A stretch of 64,000 nt of DNA, taken from the NCBI GenBank assembly GCA_038087875.1, contig JAXLNO010004831.1, positions 1 to 64,000 on the forward strand, written 5' to 3'. The notes under the pieces were generated by a model, which saw only the letters and a list, made by a program, of their open reading frames with translations, made no database searches and was not told the DNA's origin. The DNA is from Malacoraja senta (taxonomy: Eukaryota). Positions within the stretch are counted from its first letter, which is position 1, and the number at the start of each line of letters is the position of its first letter. Shown here piece by piece: positions 1-12,223 of the stretch. A program made the translations under genes and the position numbers.

Positions 1-372
1 TCAAATATCACGCCAAGGTTTTTGACGTGAGGTTTGAGTAGTGGGCTTCCAAGGCTGCCTGCTATCATTTTGATTGAGTCCGAGGGGCCGAGAAGGATGA
101 CCTCAGACTTACTCTCGTTTAGTTGGAGGAAGTTCTGGGCCATCCAACACTTTATATCCTCGAGGCAGTGGATAAGGTTAAGCAGATTTGATTGGTTTTT
201 GGTTTTTGGGCTTCAGGGGGAGATGTGTATTCAGAGTTGTGTATTCTCTGCGTAGCAATGGAAGGAAATGCCGTGCCTTTCAATGACTTGGCCTAAGGGG
301 AGCATATACAGGGAGAAGAGAATGGGGCCAAGGATGGAACCGTGTGCAACCCCACAGCAGAGACTAGCTGAG
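1..372 (-). mobile_element. L2-clade LINE reverse transcriptase fragment
   Basis: Minus-strand translation [41 protein letters not shown] matches the L2 RT motif GVPQGSILGP...HCYADDTQL (catalytic DD degraded). Confidence 0.85.
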
Positions 373-862
373 ACTAGATTAGATATACAGCATGGAAACA
401 AGCCCTTCAGCCCCACCGAGTCCGTGCCGACCAGCAATCTCGCACACTAACACTATTCTACACACTAGGGACAATTTCCAATTTTACCAAAGCCAATTAG
501 TCCACAAACTTGTGTAAGAAGGAATTGCACATACTGGTTTAAACCAAGGATAGACATATAAAGCTGGAGTAACTCAGCGGGACAGGCAGCATCTCCGGAG
601 AGAAGGAATGGGTGACATTTTGGGTTGAGACCCTTCTTCAGACTTGTACACACTTGTACGTCTTTGGAGTGTGTGAGGAAACCGGCGCACGCAGAGAGAA
701 CCTACGCAGGTCATGGGGAGAACGCACAAACTCCGTATTCCGTAAGGACAGCACACGTAGTCAGGATCAAACCCGGGTCTCTAGCGCTGTGAGGCAGCAA
801 CTCTACCGCTGCACCACCTTCTATGTCTGTGTACAAAAACAACATAAGGAGAAACAGCTCAG
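373..862 (-). mobile_element. HE1-type tRNA-derived SINE, interrupted at ~510-645 by a Penelope-derived hammerhead-type unit
   Basis: Reverse complement has a tRNA-like head (GTGGTGCAGCGGTAGAGTTGC..., CCCGGGTTTGATCCTGACTAC), the same body as the other copies in the window, and a CR1-like tail; the inserted unit is AAAGCTGGAGTAACTCAGCGGG...GAGACCCTTCTTCAGAC. Confidence 0.8.
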
Positions 863-1409
863 CTGTGAGCAGAGGAACAGAGGCAATTGTTTCCTGGTCA
901 ACTGTAAAAGTCAGAGAAATCACAATATGAAAGGTTTAATAAATGAGTGAAGTGTCTGAGGCCCTGTGCAGACAGAAAGTCTACAGCTTGTATCTGACAA
1001 ATGCATTCTAGAGTGCCACTCCCAGGGAAGCACAGCCACTGAACAATTGTAATCACACAAATAAATGTGTGAATGGGTGCACTCCACCTTCAACTTCAAA
1101 ACCTGCTGAGCACATCATTGTTGATTTTAGCGTTTCTTGTGAGCAGTTTTTTTCTCTCTTTTCAAACACTTTATTTTCGTCAAACTTTTGAGTCTTAGAC
1201 TTCCAGATTGCATCTAAATGCAAGCTAAACTTTGCATTTCTACACCTCTAGTGGCCACAGGAACTGCATCAGAACTGCATCTATCCCTCTCCTTTACGTC
1301 GATTAGCTTTCCAAATTCCAATCAGCAACTGAAGAATTGATGCAGACATGTGACTCTCTCAGAATGCTGAAAACGGCAAGAGGTTTCTCAGAGCAACGTG
1401 TAAACCTGC

Positions 1410-1680
1410 CATCCTATTTATTTCTAGGAATCAGCTCCTTGCTTTTCACTGGATCTTTGACTTTCTGACCCACAGTCCACAAGCAGTGAGAATAGGTGAA
1501 ACCTCCTCCATAATATTACTCAATACAACGATGCCAAGCAACGATGCGTTCTCCGTCAATTAGTAAACTCCCTATACACTCACGACTGTACGGCCAAATT
1601 CAACGCTAACTCCATCCACAAGTTTTCAGGTGACACCAATGTACTGGGCTGCACTAGGCAATTGCCTAACCGCCAGTGAC
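1410..1680 (+). mobile_element. Rex1/Babar-like LINE RT fragment
   Basis: Degraded translation HWIFDFLTHSPQAVRIG...LYTHDCTAKFNANSIHKFSGDT resembles Rex/Babar RT (WILDFLT.RPQ.VR; LYT.DC; KFADDT). Confidence 0.6.
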
Positions 1681-2406
1681 CTTGGTAGAAACAAAGAACT
1701 GCAGATGCTGGTTTATACCAAAGATAGACACAAAGTACTGGAGTAACTCACTGGGTCAGAATTCTTGCAGGTGTGTGACTATGAGAAGCCAACAGGTGTC
1801 TCAGAGCAACCTGTAAACTGAACACTAGTCATCCTGTTAAGGCAACATTCACTAAACCTTGCTCACCTGGCCTTGTCTTTCTCCTCTGGCAGCCAGCTGC
1901 TGCCTCTGGTCCTCAGCCAGAAGGCTCATGATGAATCTACAAAGGATGCCTCTTGCACTTTCCACCACCCACCCCCACCCACTGACTTTTCCCAATACAC
2001 AGCCGACAGAGCAGTGGGCCTGCCCCTCATCTCTAATCACAAAACAATTAGAAACATAGCAAATAGGTGCAGGAGTAGGCCATTCGGTCCTTCGAGCCGT
2101 TTAATATCACCATGGCTGCTCATCCAAAATCAGTACCCCGTTCCTGCTTTCTCTCCATATCCCTTGATTCCATTGGCCCTAAGAGCTTGGCCGTTAGCCC
2201 TAAGAATTGGGCAAGAATTTTCTGTGGGACACGGTAGGATTGTTAAACCAATCATTTCCAAGCAAGGCTCACTCATGAATGTATGAAATGTAATTTAATT
2301 TGTAAACAACACCACTAACCTTGGACTGTGGTGTAGTTTACAAATATATGATCATCTTGTTGACATGCGTTGACTTTCTGATCAGATTGAGACTTTGGAG
2401 TCTCAT

Positions 2407-2733
2407 GGGCCTGTCCCACTTACGCAACTTTTTCGGTGACTTGCCGGCACCCGTCATAGGTCGTTGCAGGTCACAGAAAATGTTCAACGTTGAAAACCCA
2501 GCGGCGACTAGAACAAGGTATGACTCTTTGGGTAACTACTCACGACCATACAGGCTTCACCCCGCGACATGTCGCCTGTATGGTCATGAGTAGTCTCCTC
2601 AGTCGCCCAAAGAGTCGTCGCATCTTTCTGGACGCCACTGAATTTTCAACATATTGAACATTTTCAGCGACCTGCAACGACCAATGACGGGTGCCGGCAG
2701 TCGCCGAAAAAGTCACGTAAGTGGGACAGGCCC
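2407..2733. mobile_element. Palindromic non-autonomous DNA transposon (PIF/Harbinger-like MITE)
   Basis: Terminal inverted repeats GGGCCTGTCCCACTTA / TAAGTGGGACAGGCCC; the internal halves are also largely reverse-complementary; no coding capacity. Confidence 0.8.
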
Positions 2734-3699
2734 ATCAGAAGATGGTCAGTACAATTTCCTAAAGACCTTTTCTTAAGCTATAATTGATCCTGAAAGCTCA
2801 GTTGAATTTTTGGGCCACATCCAAGTCACAGCTCCTCCTTTCCCTTTAAAATATCAATTTCTGAAATGAATAAAAGCAAACTATTTGAGTCCACCACCAC
2901 ATCAACACACACAGAAACGTAACATTCAACACTAATTTGTATCAAACATTGATGATGGCCTGACTTTGTTCACCAAAATCAAACCTGAATTAACTGATTA
3001 CAAATCAAATAGTGGCAAAAGCAAACTGCAGCTTATGCCTATCCACATGTTGCTGCTGATTTTGGCAGTAGTGTTGAGATATGAAACAAACTGTAAAGGT
3101 CAAGGAGTCACTGAATCACTGCAATAGGCAACGTTGGATGGGTTGGGCTGGCCTTAATGTCAATCATTGTCACATTGACAAATTGGAGGATTAGAATTAG
3201 ACCATTCGGCCCATCAAGTCCACTCCGCCATTCAATCATGGGTGATCTCTGCCTCCTAATCCCATTTTCCTATCTTCTCCCCATAACCCTCGACACCCGT
3301 TCTATTCAAGAATTTGTCTATCTCTGCCTTAAAAATATCCTCTGACTAAAGAAGTTCCTGCTCACCTCCTTTCTAAAAGAGCGCCCTTTAATTTTGAGGC
3401 AATGATGCCACAGCAAGCATCCTCTCCTAGTTTCAGTTGATGGAATATGTGCTGCAGAATGTTCTCAGATTAGCCGAACACTAGTGCTAATCCTCCAACT
3501 TGTCTGCCAACATACTGGATCTTCCAGTTGCTCACCATTTTAACTGCCCTTCACATTCCCATCATAAGCTTTCTGTCCTCAGCCTCCGCAGCACAAATGT
3601 TACAAAAAATTAGGCCCAAAAGTGGAACTGAGCATCACGGAATAAGCCAGTTCGGTATTCTGAAAAACGCAAGGAATCAGGGGATTTGGCAAAGGTCAT

Positions 3700-4800
3700 T
3701 TGAGAATTAAAAACCGAACGGGATGCCTGGTAGCGGGGAGAGCGGGTGTAACAGCGAGAGAGAGAGAGAGAGGGGGCAGATGCAAGTGGGAGACAGGGAG
3801 AGACGGTGAGAGGTGAGGGAAAGAGGTATCAGTTAGACAAATAACCACTGGTAAAGCCATCGCTCGTTGCTTCTAGGAGAACGGAGAAAATGTCCTCGAT
3901 CGACAGAATGCAATTTCAGAAACCCCTCGTCTCCACTGCGCTGGAGATTTCCGCTGGTGCAAGGAACAAATGACCTAAAGTTTGCGTTGAGTGAACTGAG
4001 TGTTCTTACCGTCCTCGTCGTACACCGGCGTTTTGTGAGAGTGGTTGTATCCCGGGATGCAGGGATGGAGGAGTCAGCGGCCGACAGGTGAGCGGGCCAC
4101 GGTAGCTGGTGCCTCTCCCTCCACTCACTCGCCGCTGGAAGAAGTGATATCTCTACACCCCGGGTCGAGAGCTGCCTCCTCCATCCCGCTGCTCAGCGGC
4201 AGCTGACTAGGATCCCACAGCATCACCGATGCCTCACATCAGCTCCTGATCCCCCGCCCGCCCGCCCTCCTGTCTGTCTGTCCGGATAATGTGACCGACG
4301 TTGGTTGAGTTGAAGCTGGGATCGAACCACTCTCACAAAACGCCGGTGTCCGGCGGCGAGAATGTTAACAACACAGTTCACTCAACGCAAACTTGAGGTC
4401 CTTTGTTCCTTAGTTGCGCCCGTGGAAATCCCCGCTCCCATCCATCCCAACCACGCTCACACACACGTCTAATGTGTAGGAGGTGTGAAGGAGGCTCTTC
4501 TATCCACAGGTCCGTGGACGGGAGTGTCGGTCGGTCCAGGCCCGCAGGCAGTGCGGAGGGGTTATGGGCGGGGGGGGGGGTTGTGGGTGTAGCGGGGTGT
4601 GTGGACGGGTGGGGGGGAGGGGTAGAGAGCTCGGAGCAAATACAGGGGAAGAGCCATGGGGGAGAAGGGGGTATCACGGGAGCCAGCGAGGGGGACCAGA
4701 GGGGTAGTGGCTGGAATTGGCAGTGCGATGGGGACTCACAGTGGGCGCTGGTCGTTCTCCTACGCTGGGATCAGAGTCTCCGCTTTCCGTTTGGCGACAT
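3700..4800. promoter_or_regulatory. CpG-rich island-like region, probable promoter/first exon of an unidentified gene
   Basis: Abrupt rise in GC and CpG density outside any recognisable repeat; GC-box run GGGCGGGCGGGCGG on the minus strand at ~4253-4268; ATG followed by consensus splice donors on both strands (4065-4087 +, 4129-4184 -). Confidence 0.55.
3942..4433. repeat. Imperfect ~110-bp inverted repeat (arms ~3942-4053 and ~4317-4433)
   Basis: AGTTTGCGTTGAGTGAACTG (3979-3998) is the exact reverse complement of 4374-4393; ACACCGGCGTTTTGTGAGAGTGGTT (4022-4046) is the exact reverse complement of 4325-4349. Confidence 0.9.
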
Positions 4801-4835
4801 CGGCGACATCTCCGACTCAACTCCATACACCCCCC

Positions 4836-5062
4836 TCTCCCACACCCTCCACCCCCCACAACCTCCCCTCCCCCCACAACCCCCTCCCCTCACAACCCCA
4901 ACCCTCCCCACAACCCCCCCATCTCCACACCCTCCTCCCCCACAACCCCAAACCTCCCCCACAACCCCCTCCCCCCACAACCCCCTCTCCTCCACACCCT
5001 CCTCCCCCACAACCCCAACCCGCCCCTCCCCCCACAACCCCCCCTCTTCCACACAACCCCTC
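4836..5062. repeat. C-rich low-complexity minisatellite (CCCCACAAC-like units)
   Basis: Repeated CCCCACAACCCC/CTCCACACCCTCC units; a G-rich block precedes it at ~4560-4625. Confidence 0.9.
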
Positions 5063-5302
5063 CCTCGTTAAAATAAAATAAAAAATAGTTTAAATAAGTA
5101 TTAAAAGGTTATTAAAATAAATTAAGTAATCACATTAAGGATGTTTCATTCTAAATATATTTAATATAAAATAATTATTAATAATTTAGAACACTATTAA
5201 CATTTATGACAGAAATTGACATTGTTGCGGGAAATCAACTTTGAATCCAGATTACTTAGAGGTTGTTAGTGTTGCAGAGTGCGGGGCAGCCAAGCTCCAG
5301 AA

Positions 5303-5415
5303 TCACATCACTGGTTCTCCGTGGACACGGAACGGTAGAGGCAAGTGTATTCTGGATGGCCCCAGTTGTTATTCACCCGCAGTTCAGTGAATTTGTAAAC
5401 GGCAGCGTCATTATT
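5303..5415 (-). pseudogene. SUN pseudogene last coding exon (NWGHPEYTCLYRFRVHG motif, 1-bp deletion)
   Basis: Acceptor TTTGTAG; C-terminal SUN motif; one base is missing between 5332 and 5333 (TAC CG- TTC CGT GTC CAC GGA). Confidence 0.9.
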
Positions 5416-5797
5416 CTACAAAGCAAAAAAACATGATGACAGATCAGGGAACCTGTGCTTCAGTATGAAAGTACTGTACGCTGGAGAGAAGATGGATTAG
5501 TTACAAACCAGACTTCAAACATCCTGCTGATCATGGATTTCAGGACATTCTATTCAATTACATACAGCATTGATACAAGCATTTTATCATGGAAAAGGTA
5601 GATGTTTTACAGAGGTATAAGGACCTGAGTTACTCCGGCGTTTTATGTTTATCTTGAATCGTCTTGGCCCCGATCTGGGAGTAGGGGTGGGGGCGGATCC
5701 GGATCCGCAACGGCCGTGAGTCCCAGGCTGAGTTTGACGATCGTTTGCTTGCTTCAGCTACTGTTGGAGGTGAGACGTTGCGTCGCGCCAGGGTCTT

Positions 5798-5980
5798 GGG
5801 CCTGTCCAACTTTGGCCGTCAGTTACGCGACAGGTCATTGGCGCGCGGAGATTTCGTGCAGGACGAAGTCCACACTCCTCCACACCACACCATGCGCCCG
5901 TCCCCGTGCTACCCACGTACTACCTACACGCTAGCAAGTCGCGTAAATGGCGCGCGAAAGACAGCCCAGTGGGACAACCC
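5798..5980. mobile_element. Harbinger-like MITE, same terminal-repeat family as 2407-2733
   Basis: Ends GGGCCTGTCCAACTT ... CAGTGGGACAACCC followed by TTAA. Confidence 0.6.
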
Positions 5981-6254
5981 TTAAGGCCCTGTTTCAGCAC
6001 TGCATCTCAAAGCTAAACTAAAACATGGGTGAAGTCAGCACCAAAACTCAGAATCATAGTTCAAACACCAGTGAGTGAACTGTCAAATATTGGCACATGC
6101 CAGATTTTGGTTAACAGTTACTACATCGCAAAGTATATATTTGTAAAAGATAGATAAATATTTGAGGCAAAGGAAAATAAAAGCTTGCAGGAAAAGGCCA
6201 AGGTTATAGGATTGTTCCAGCAAAGAATCAATGATCCTTTATTCACTTCCATAC

Positions 6255-6347
6255 CTGCACCTCAAACGTCTGGATTGAATCCCCTTCCTCGTTATACGTG
6301 TATGGTCCCAATAGGATCCCTTCGGCTTGATTTTCATCATCCAAGCC
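6255..6347 (-). pseudogene. SUN pseudogene exon (GLDDENQAEGILLGPYTYNEEGDSIQTFEVQ)
   Basis: 93 bp, AG/GT bounded, open; matches the SUN-domain GL..E...EG.LLG.F/YTY...G.S.Q.F segment. Confidence 0.92.
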
Positions 6348-7269
6348 CTGTGAACAAGTAGAAATTAGCAAGCTTTACACACAGAAAATTACTCTCCAGT
6401 CACCCCAACAATTATACCAGCTGGTGAAAGCAGGACTTTCACCCTTGCCTGGAAGAAAGCTTCAAGATTCAAGATTCAAGAGAGTTTATTGTCATGTGAC
6501 CCTGATAGGACAATGAAATTCTTGCTTTGCTTCAGCACAACAGAACATAGTAGGCATTGACATAGTAGGCAAGACATTGGTTGAATATATAACATAATTT
6601 CATTTCAAACAGTCAATTGGAAAATGTCATCACCTCATTTAGCACATGAAGTGAATCTGTACACAATCAAACAGAATGAAACGATGCGTAGCATCAACTC
6701 TCATCTGTGGTAGAATCAGTGTGTCCCACCACAGGGGCCTCATCAGGCACCTCTATACCCACAGAACTAGAGTGGAAGCAAGTCATCGCTCAATCCTGAG
6801 AGAATACCAGTGAAGAATTGTTCACCCCCACTCAGGAAAGAACTTGGCATAAAAATTGTCCCTAGTATGTGTAGTGTTAACTTTAATCTCATCTATTGGT
6901 TGTAAAGTTGCTTCATCACTGTATGAAGCTTTTGTGGTTAGCAGTGTTGAGGATTGTGCAATAAAGTGACAAAACTCAGTGAAAACCCAGAATCAGAGTT
7001 CAAACACCAGTATGATCAACTTGTGTAGCATGGAAGATTGAAGATTATATTAGAGGGCCTTCTATTTGATGGGTTATTGTTCTGCACTGTGAAATGGAAT
7101 TTACTAATTTTTAACAGAACGTTAATGTTATTGACGTGGATTGTGAGACCACTCGGGACCCTGAACATGGAATCCAATGTCCAAGAAAGCCATGCCATGT
7201 TCAGCAGCATGCTCCACACAAACACCATGGTTCCCAAACATATACTCATATTCTATACATTTCACTCGC

Positions 7270-7437
7270 ATAAACAGATTAGTCTTGAGGGGCACTTCTA
7301 ATTGATCCACTCGGAGAAATGGAACTTGGAATGTGCTCTAGGGTAAAGACTGTAGGCCTGATCTGGACAGTAAGCTCGATGACAACAAAGCCTTGGGAGC
7401 CTTTAAATGGCCAACAGTTCCCAGGATGAACCTCAGG
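7270..7437 (-). pseudogene. SUN pseudogene exon (PEVHPGNCWPFKGSQG...), premature TAA, GC donor
   Basis: 168 bp; PGNCW-F-G SUN signature; TAA at 7279-7281 replaces the Phe of D-F-S/A-V-Y; donor reads GCGAGT. Confidence 0.92.
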
Positions 7438-7479
7438 CTGCAAGAGAGAACAAGAACAAAAACATTATGAATGATTCTC

Positions 7480-7760
7480 AATTTAGTTCAGAGAAACAGC
7501 ACGGAAACAGGAAATATTAACACTATCCTACCCACACTCGGGACAATTTTGTTTTACATTTACCAAGCCAATTAACCTACAAACCTGTACGTCTTTGGAG
7601 AATGGGAGGTAACCGAAGATCTAGGAGAAAACCCACACAGGTCACGGGGAGAACGTACAAACTCCGTACAGACAGCACCTATAGTTGGGATCGAACCGGG
7701 GTCTCTGGCGCTGCAAGCACTGTAAGGCAACAACTCTACCACTGTGCTGCCCACAATTCT
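7480..7760 (-). mobile_element. HE1-type tRNA-derived SINE
   Basis: Same body as the other copies; B-box-like CCCGGTTCGATCCC on the minus strand. Confidence 0.8.
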
Positions 7761-7799
7761 CTACCCACAATTATCCCCCTTCCTTTCAACAGAACACTG

Positions 7800-9207
7800 A
7801 TTCTTCCTAAAGGGACAGAAAACATTTGGATTTTTGGACACGATCCACCTGATATTTTCAGAATAATGAAAGGCATAGAGTGGATATGGAAAGGATGTTT
7901 CCACTGGTGGGAGAGTCTAGGACCAGAGGTCCTAGCCTCAGAATTAAAGGGTGCGCCTTTAGAAAGGAGGAACTTCATTGCCACAGAGGGTTGTGGAGTC
8001 CAAGTCAGTGGATATTTTTAAGGCAGAGATAAACCAATTCTTGATTAGAACGGGTGTTAAGGGTTATTTTGGGAACAGGGATGGGTTGTTGGGGTGGGGG
8101 TTGCTATGGCAGGAATCTGCAGTCTCGATCCCTCAATGTCTTCTGCCAATTTACCTCAACAAGGCACAATGAGAAACTGCGCTACAATTTTCCAGCAGAG
8201 CCCATTTGCTGCTTTTGGTTCATGGTGTGACAATTATTAAGCTAATGCAGAGAACAGGAGTTACTGAGACATTTTTAACACACTGTCCCCAACACAGATA
8301 CTCTCACACCATTTACAAAGTATCAGGACAAGTACCTGAACCAGCAGGACCTCTGTCCTGGGCAGTGTGATCAAATGCAACCCAAAATATGCTTTCTCTG
8401 ATTTCCTCTAAATCTTTCTTTGCTTTAAAACCTCAACCCTCTGGACTTAGGCACCTCTGTAAGCTACAGGCAAATGCTGGCAAATGTGATTAGTTGTACG
8501 GGTACTTGATGGTTGACGTGGACGTGTTGGGCACAAAGGGCCTGTTCCTGTGCTATATGACGCCATAAGTGGATTTAAAACTAGAACTCAATTGAAGATT
8601 TGACAAACACACTGGCAATCTACATCCAGGTGAGAGGAATGGGGAGCAGAAAGCGTCGTAGTTTGGTTAAAGCAGATGGAAGGAGCTACTTTTCCTTAAG
8701 GAAGGATATTTTTGCTATGGAGGGAACACATCAGAAGTGCAGCAGATTAACTATAGGGATGGCAGGGCTGACGTATGAAGAGCAATCTGGTCAATATTCA
8801 CTGGAGTTTGGAAGGAATGATCATTTTATAGAAACCTACAAAATGTAGTTGTAACAGGACTAGAAAGATTCGAGGTAAGATGTTCCTGATGCTGGGAGTT
8901 TCAGGACCAGGATCACAGTGCGAGGATAAGTTGAGGTCATGTAGAACTCAGAGGGGGATAAATCTCTTCATCCAGAGTGGTGAACCAGAGGAATTCTCTA
9001 TCATGGAATGCAATTGAAAACATATCGTTGAATATACTCATGAGTTAAATATTGTTCTTGTAGCTAGAGGGACCAAGAGGTATGGGGAGAAAGGTATGGG
9101 GATTCCCCAACTGGGAACTCAATTTGGATGATCAGCCATGATCACACTGAGGGGTTGAGTGGGCTTGAAGGGCCACATTGTTACTCCTGTTCATAATTTC
9201 CATGTTT
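7800..9207 (+). mobile_element. Degraded CR1 LINE 3' fragments
   Basis: CR1-type 3' segments (GAGTCTAGGACCAGAGG, GGATGATCAGCCATGATC, ...CATGTTTCTAT tail); the DIRS element is inserted at the end of this tail. Confidence 0.6.
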
Positions 9208-9640
9208 CTATTTTACTTCGGAGTCACGTGAGTGACTACGTGAAGAACCCCGCCAGTGCGCCTGCGTGTCATTACGTCAGACGCCTTGACGCAAACGGAC
9301 GTGAGGGGCAGAGCTCCTACAGTGGTTTGTAGTTTTTCAACTACAAGGTAAGTAAAAACTTTTTTCATGTTTTCCAGGTCCGTTTACTGTGGGTCTATGG
9401 GGATTTTTTCCACAGACGCCATGGAAAAAACGGACAGGGGGAAGAGGCGAGCGATACAGCCGACAGAAAGTCGGGAAAGTCGGGAGTCCGCGGTTAGAGA
9501 CCAACCGCCTCTAAACCCCGGTACAGTCGCCAGCGGTGAGCGTAGCGACTGTGGACCTGGGGCTGGTGAAAACACAGTCAGCGCCTGTCGGGCAAAAGAC
9601 AAAGTTTAAATCCCAACGGCCCACGGAGGGAGTCCCAGGC

Positions 9641-10020
9641 AATGGAAGTAGCTCCAGGGCTAGATACTGCTTTCGAGCGTATTGCCCAAATAGAAAGCCT
9701 TTTACACAGGCTGTTGGAGCAAAGTTCACTCAGGGAGGAGTGTACTGAAAGCCAAGCTGTTGGAAACAGCTCAAACAGCTCCTGGTACAGGGCTAGATAC
9801 TGCTTTCGAGCGTATTGCCCAAATAGAAAGCCTTTTACATAGGCTGTTGGAGCAAAGTTCACTCAGGGAGGAGTGTACTGAAAGCCAAGCTGTTGGAAAC
9901 AACTCAAACAGCTCCTGGTACAGGGCTAGATACTGCTTTCGAGCGTATTGCCCAAATAGAAAGACTTTTTCATAGGCTGTTGGAGCAAAGTTCACTCAGG
10001 AAGGAGTGTACTGTAATCCA
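9641..10020 (+). repeat. 133-bp tandem repeat, ~3 copies, in the DIRS gag region
   Basis: CAGGGCTAGATACTGCTTTCGAGCGTATTGCCCAAATAGAAAG starts at 9655, 9788 and 9921. Confidence 0.92.
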
Positions 10021-10849
10021 AGCTGCAGGAGCAGCTTAACAGCACCTGGCTCAGGGCTAATGGAATGCACCCTCAGGAATGAGGAGCGTGCTACGGGTCA
10101 TGAGATTTCAGACCCCGATTCTGACGGTGAGGCTGTACAAGGCGATGAACGGCAGCTGCCAGATGTTCCACCCCTGGCAGTAGGATTCGCTGCCCCGTCA
10201 GGGTCGGGAGAGCCATTAGGAGAAGAACTGGCCTCCTTAATAAATTACTTGGTTTACCATTAGCTGGAACAGCAGGAAATGGATGAGACTGCAAGAAGTA
10301 ACTGTGGGTTGCTGAAAGCAGCAGCAGTGAACCAAATTATCTGGAATCAGTTGCAGAGAATATTAAAGCTGCTGGGTTCTGGAATAACTGCTTTTACCAG
10401 AATAGCAGGTAACAACCAAAAGATGACGAAGTTGCATCAGCAAGCACTGGGGTTGCTATGCAGCACCCACTTCGAGATCAATTATCTGAGGAAAGTGCTA
10501 TACGGCCTACTATGAATCCGAAATTCGCAGCACTCTGCAAACCAAGTAATATACAATTACCCAACTTACTCTTTGGAGAGGATCTCGGGAGACGTATTAA
10601 AGAGATGGAAGATGAAGCGAAAACAGGATTGATAAATACATCAATGGTTGCAAAGTCTGTAAATAGGAAGTATCCTTTCAGACGTCATACGGATCCTAGA
10701 CCAGGACCAAGTCGCTCATCAACGCAGGGACGTAGCTGGCGGTCTGCAGTGGGAGTAAGGACCAGTGGTTGTGCTTCCGGGAGAATCCAGGGATCTCAGA
10801 ATACTCAAATGACTCAAGAGGTAGGTGGACCTGGTTCTCAGGGGAACAT

Positions 10850-12180
10850 ACTAAGTGGATTAAGTCCAAAAGTTGGAGGCAGATTACGTCTCTTCTATAA
10901 ACATTGGAACAAGAGTACTTCAGATGTGGTAATTCTGAATAATATACAAGGATTTCGAATTGAATTCAATCCAAATTATGATTTGCCTGTCCAGCATGTT
11001 CCTAGCAGAACTCTCCACTTTGCGAAGTAATGGAGGTTCAAGTTGCGCTTCAAAACCCTATATATAAAAGGTGTTATTAAAGAATCAGTCTACCAAATTC
11101 ACCAATTTGGGTCAAATATATTCCCTAGATAAAAAAAGGATGGAGGATGTAGGATTATTATAGACTTGACAAGTCTGAACCCTTTTGTTCAGTGTCTGTT
11201 CATTTGCAAGATATGAAGTATTTTAAATTTACATGGATGAGCCAATTAGGGCAGTTCAAAGCTCTGCCTAAAGGGTTAACGTTCCCTTCCAGAATATTCA
11301 TAAAAATCAATTCTGGGGTTGCTGAGAGCCAGGGGCATGTACTAATGGCATACCTGGATGATGTCCTGATTATAGGAAGGACAAAACAGTCAACAGAAGC
11401 ATCGGTTGCAGTAATAAAATCAAACTTTTGAAAGTTTGGGGGTTTCTAAATTCATCCAAAGAAATCAAGGTTAAAAACATGTACCTCGATTAATTATTTG
11501 AGGTTCACAATTGATTTAGCCCAAATGCAAATTACTTTGCCCAGTGAAAAAAGTGTGGAGTTGATTAAAGATTGCAATAATCTGTTAAACGAGCAAAAAC
11601 CTCTAATCAGACAGGTGGCTCGAGTACTGGGAAAATTAGTAGATTCCCAGCAGTCCAGTATGGACCATTACATTATCAACAGCTGCAGAGAATTAAAGAA
11701 CAGGCACTGAGAGTAAATGCTGGTCATTTTGATAGAACCATGCAAGTAACAACAAATGCTGTTTCTAAGCTGCAGTGGTGGATTCTACATGTCTCAAGCA
11801 GTTCAGGCAAAGTGCTGATTGAACAACCTTCCATGATATTACAAACTGATGCCAGTGCACTAGGATGGGGTGCAACTGACTTAACATGGAGCTGCGGAGG
11901 CAGATGGAATCAGGAAAAGTTAGTGTTACTGCAGACATGGGGAATTACCTATTTGAAGCTTTTAGGAGGTTTCTATGGACTCCAAGCTTATGGTTCTAAC
12001 ACAACTAAAAGGAAGGTTCAAGTTCAAATTAATAAACACAACAGTAGTTGCCTATATTAATGATATGGGTGGAATTAAGTCGGTGTCATGTGACAAAATG
12101 GTTAAATCAACGGGTCTTGGTGTATTGAAAAGAACATTTGGATTTCAGCTATCTATCTACCAGGTAGAATGAACACGATA
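10850..12180 (+). pseudogene. DIRS reverse transcriptase/RNase H (frameshifted)
   Basis: VGGRLRLFYKHW...IQGFRIEF; KYFKFTW...QFKALPKGL; LMAYLDDVLIIG; LQTDASALGWG; several stops and frameshifts. Confidence 0.9.
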
Positions 12181-12223
12181 GCAGACACCTGGTCACGAAA
12201 AGTTCCATGATAATAAAGAATGG

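Noticed and set aside
2760-3130. Downstream exons for the minus-strand mini-exon at 4129-4184
   Set aside because: The acceptors tested give stops within about 20 codons in the required phase; no gene could be assigned.
4378-5081. Several long Pro/Thr- or Gly/Val-rich ORFs in the six-frame track
   Set aside because: They arise from the C-rich/G-rich low-complexity tract, are open in multiple frames and have no domain signature.
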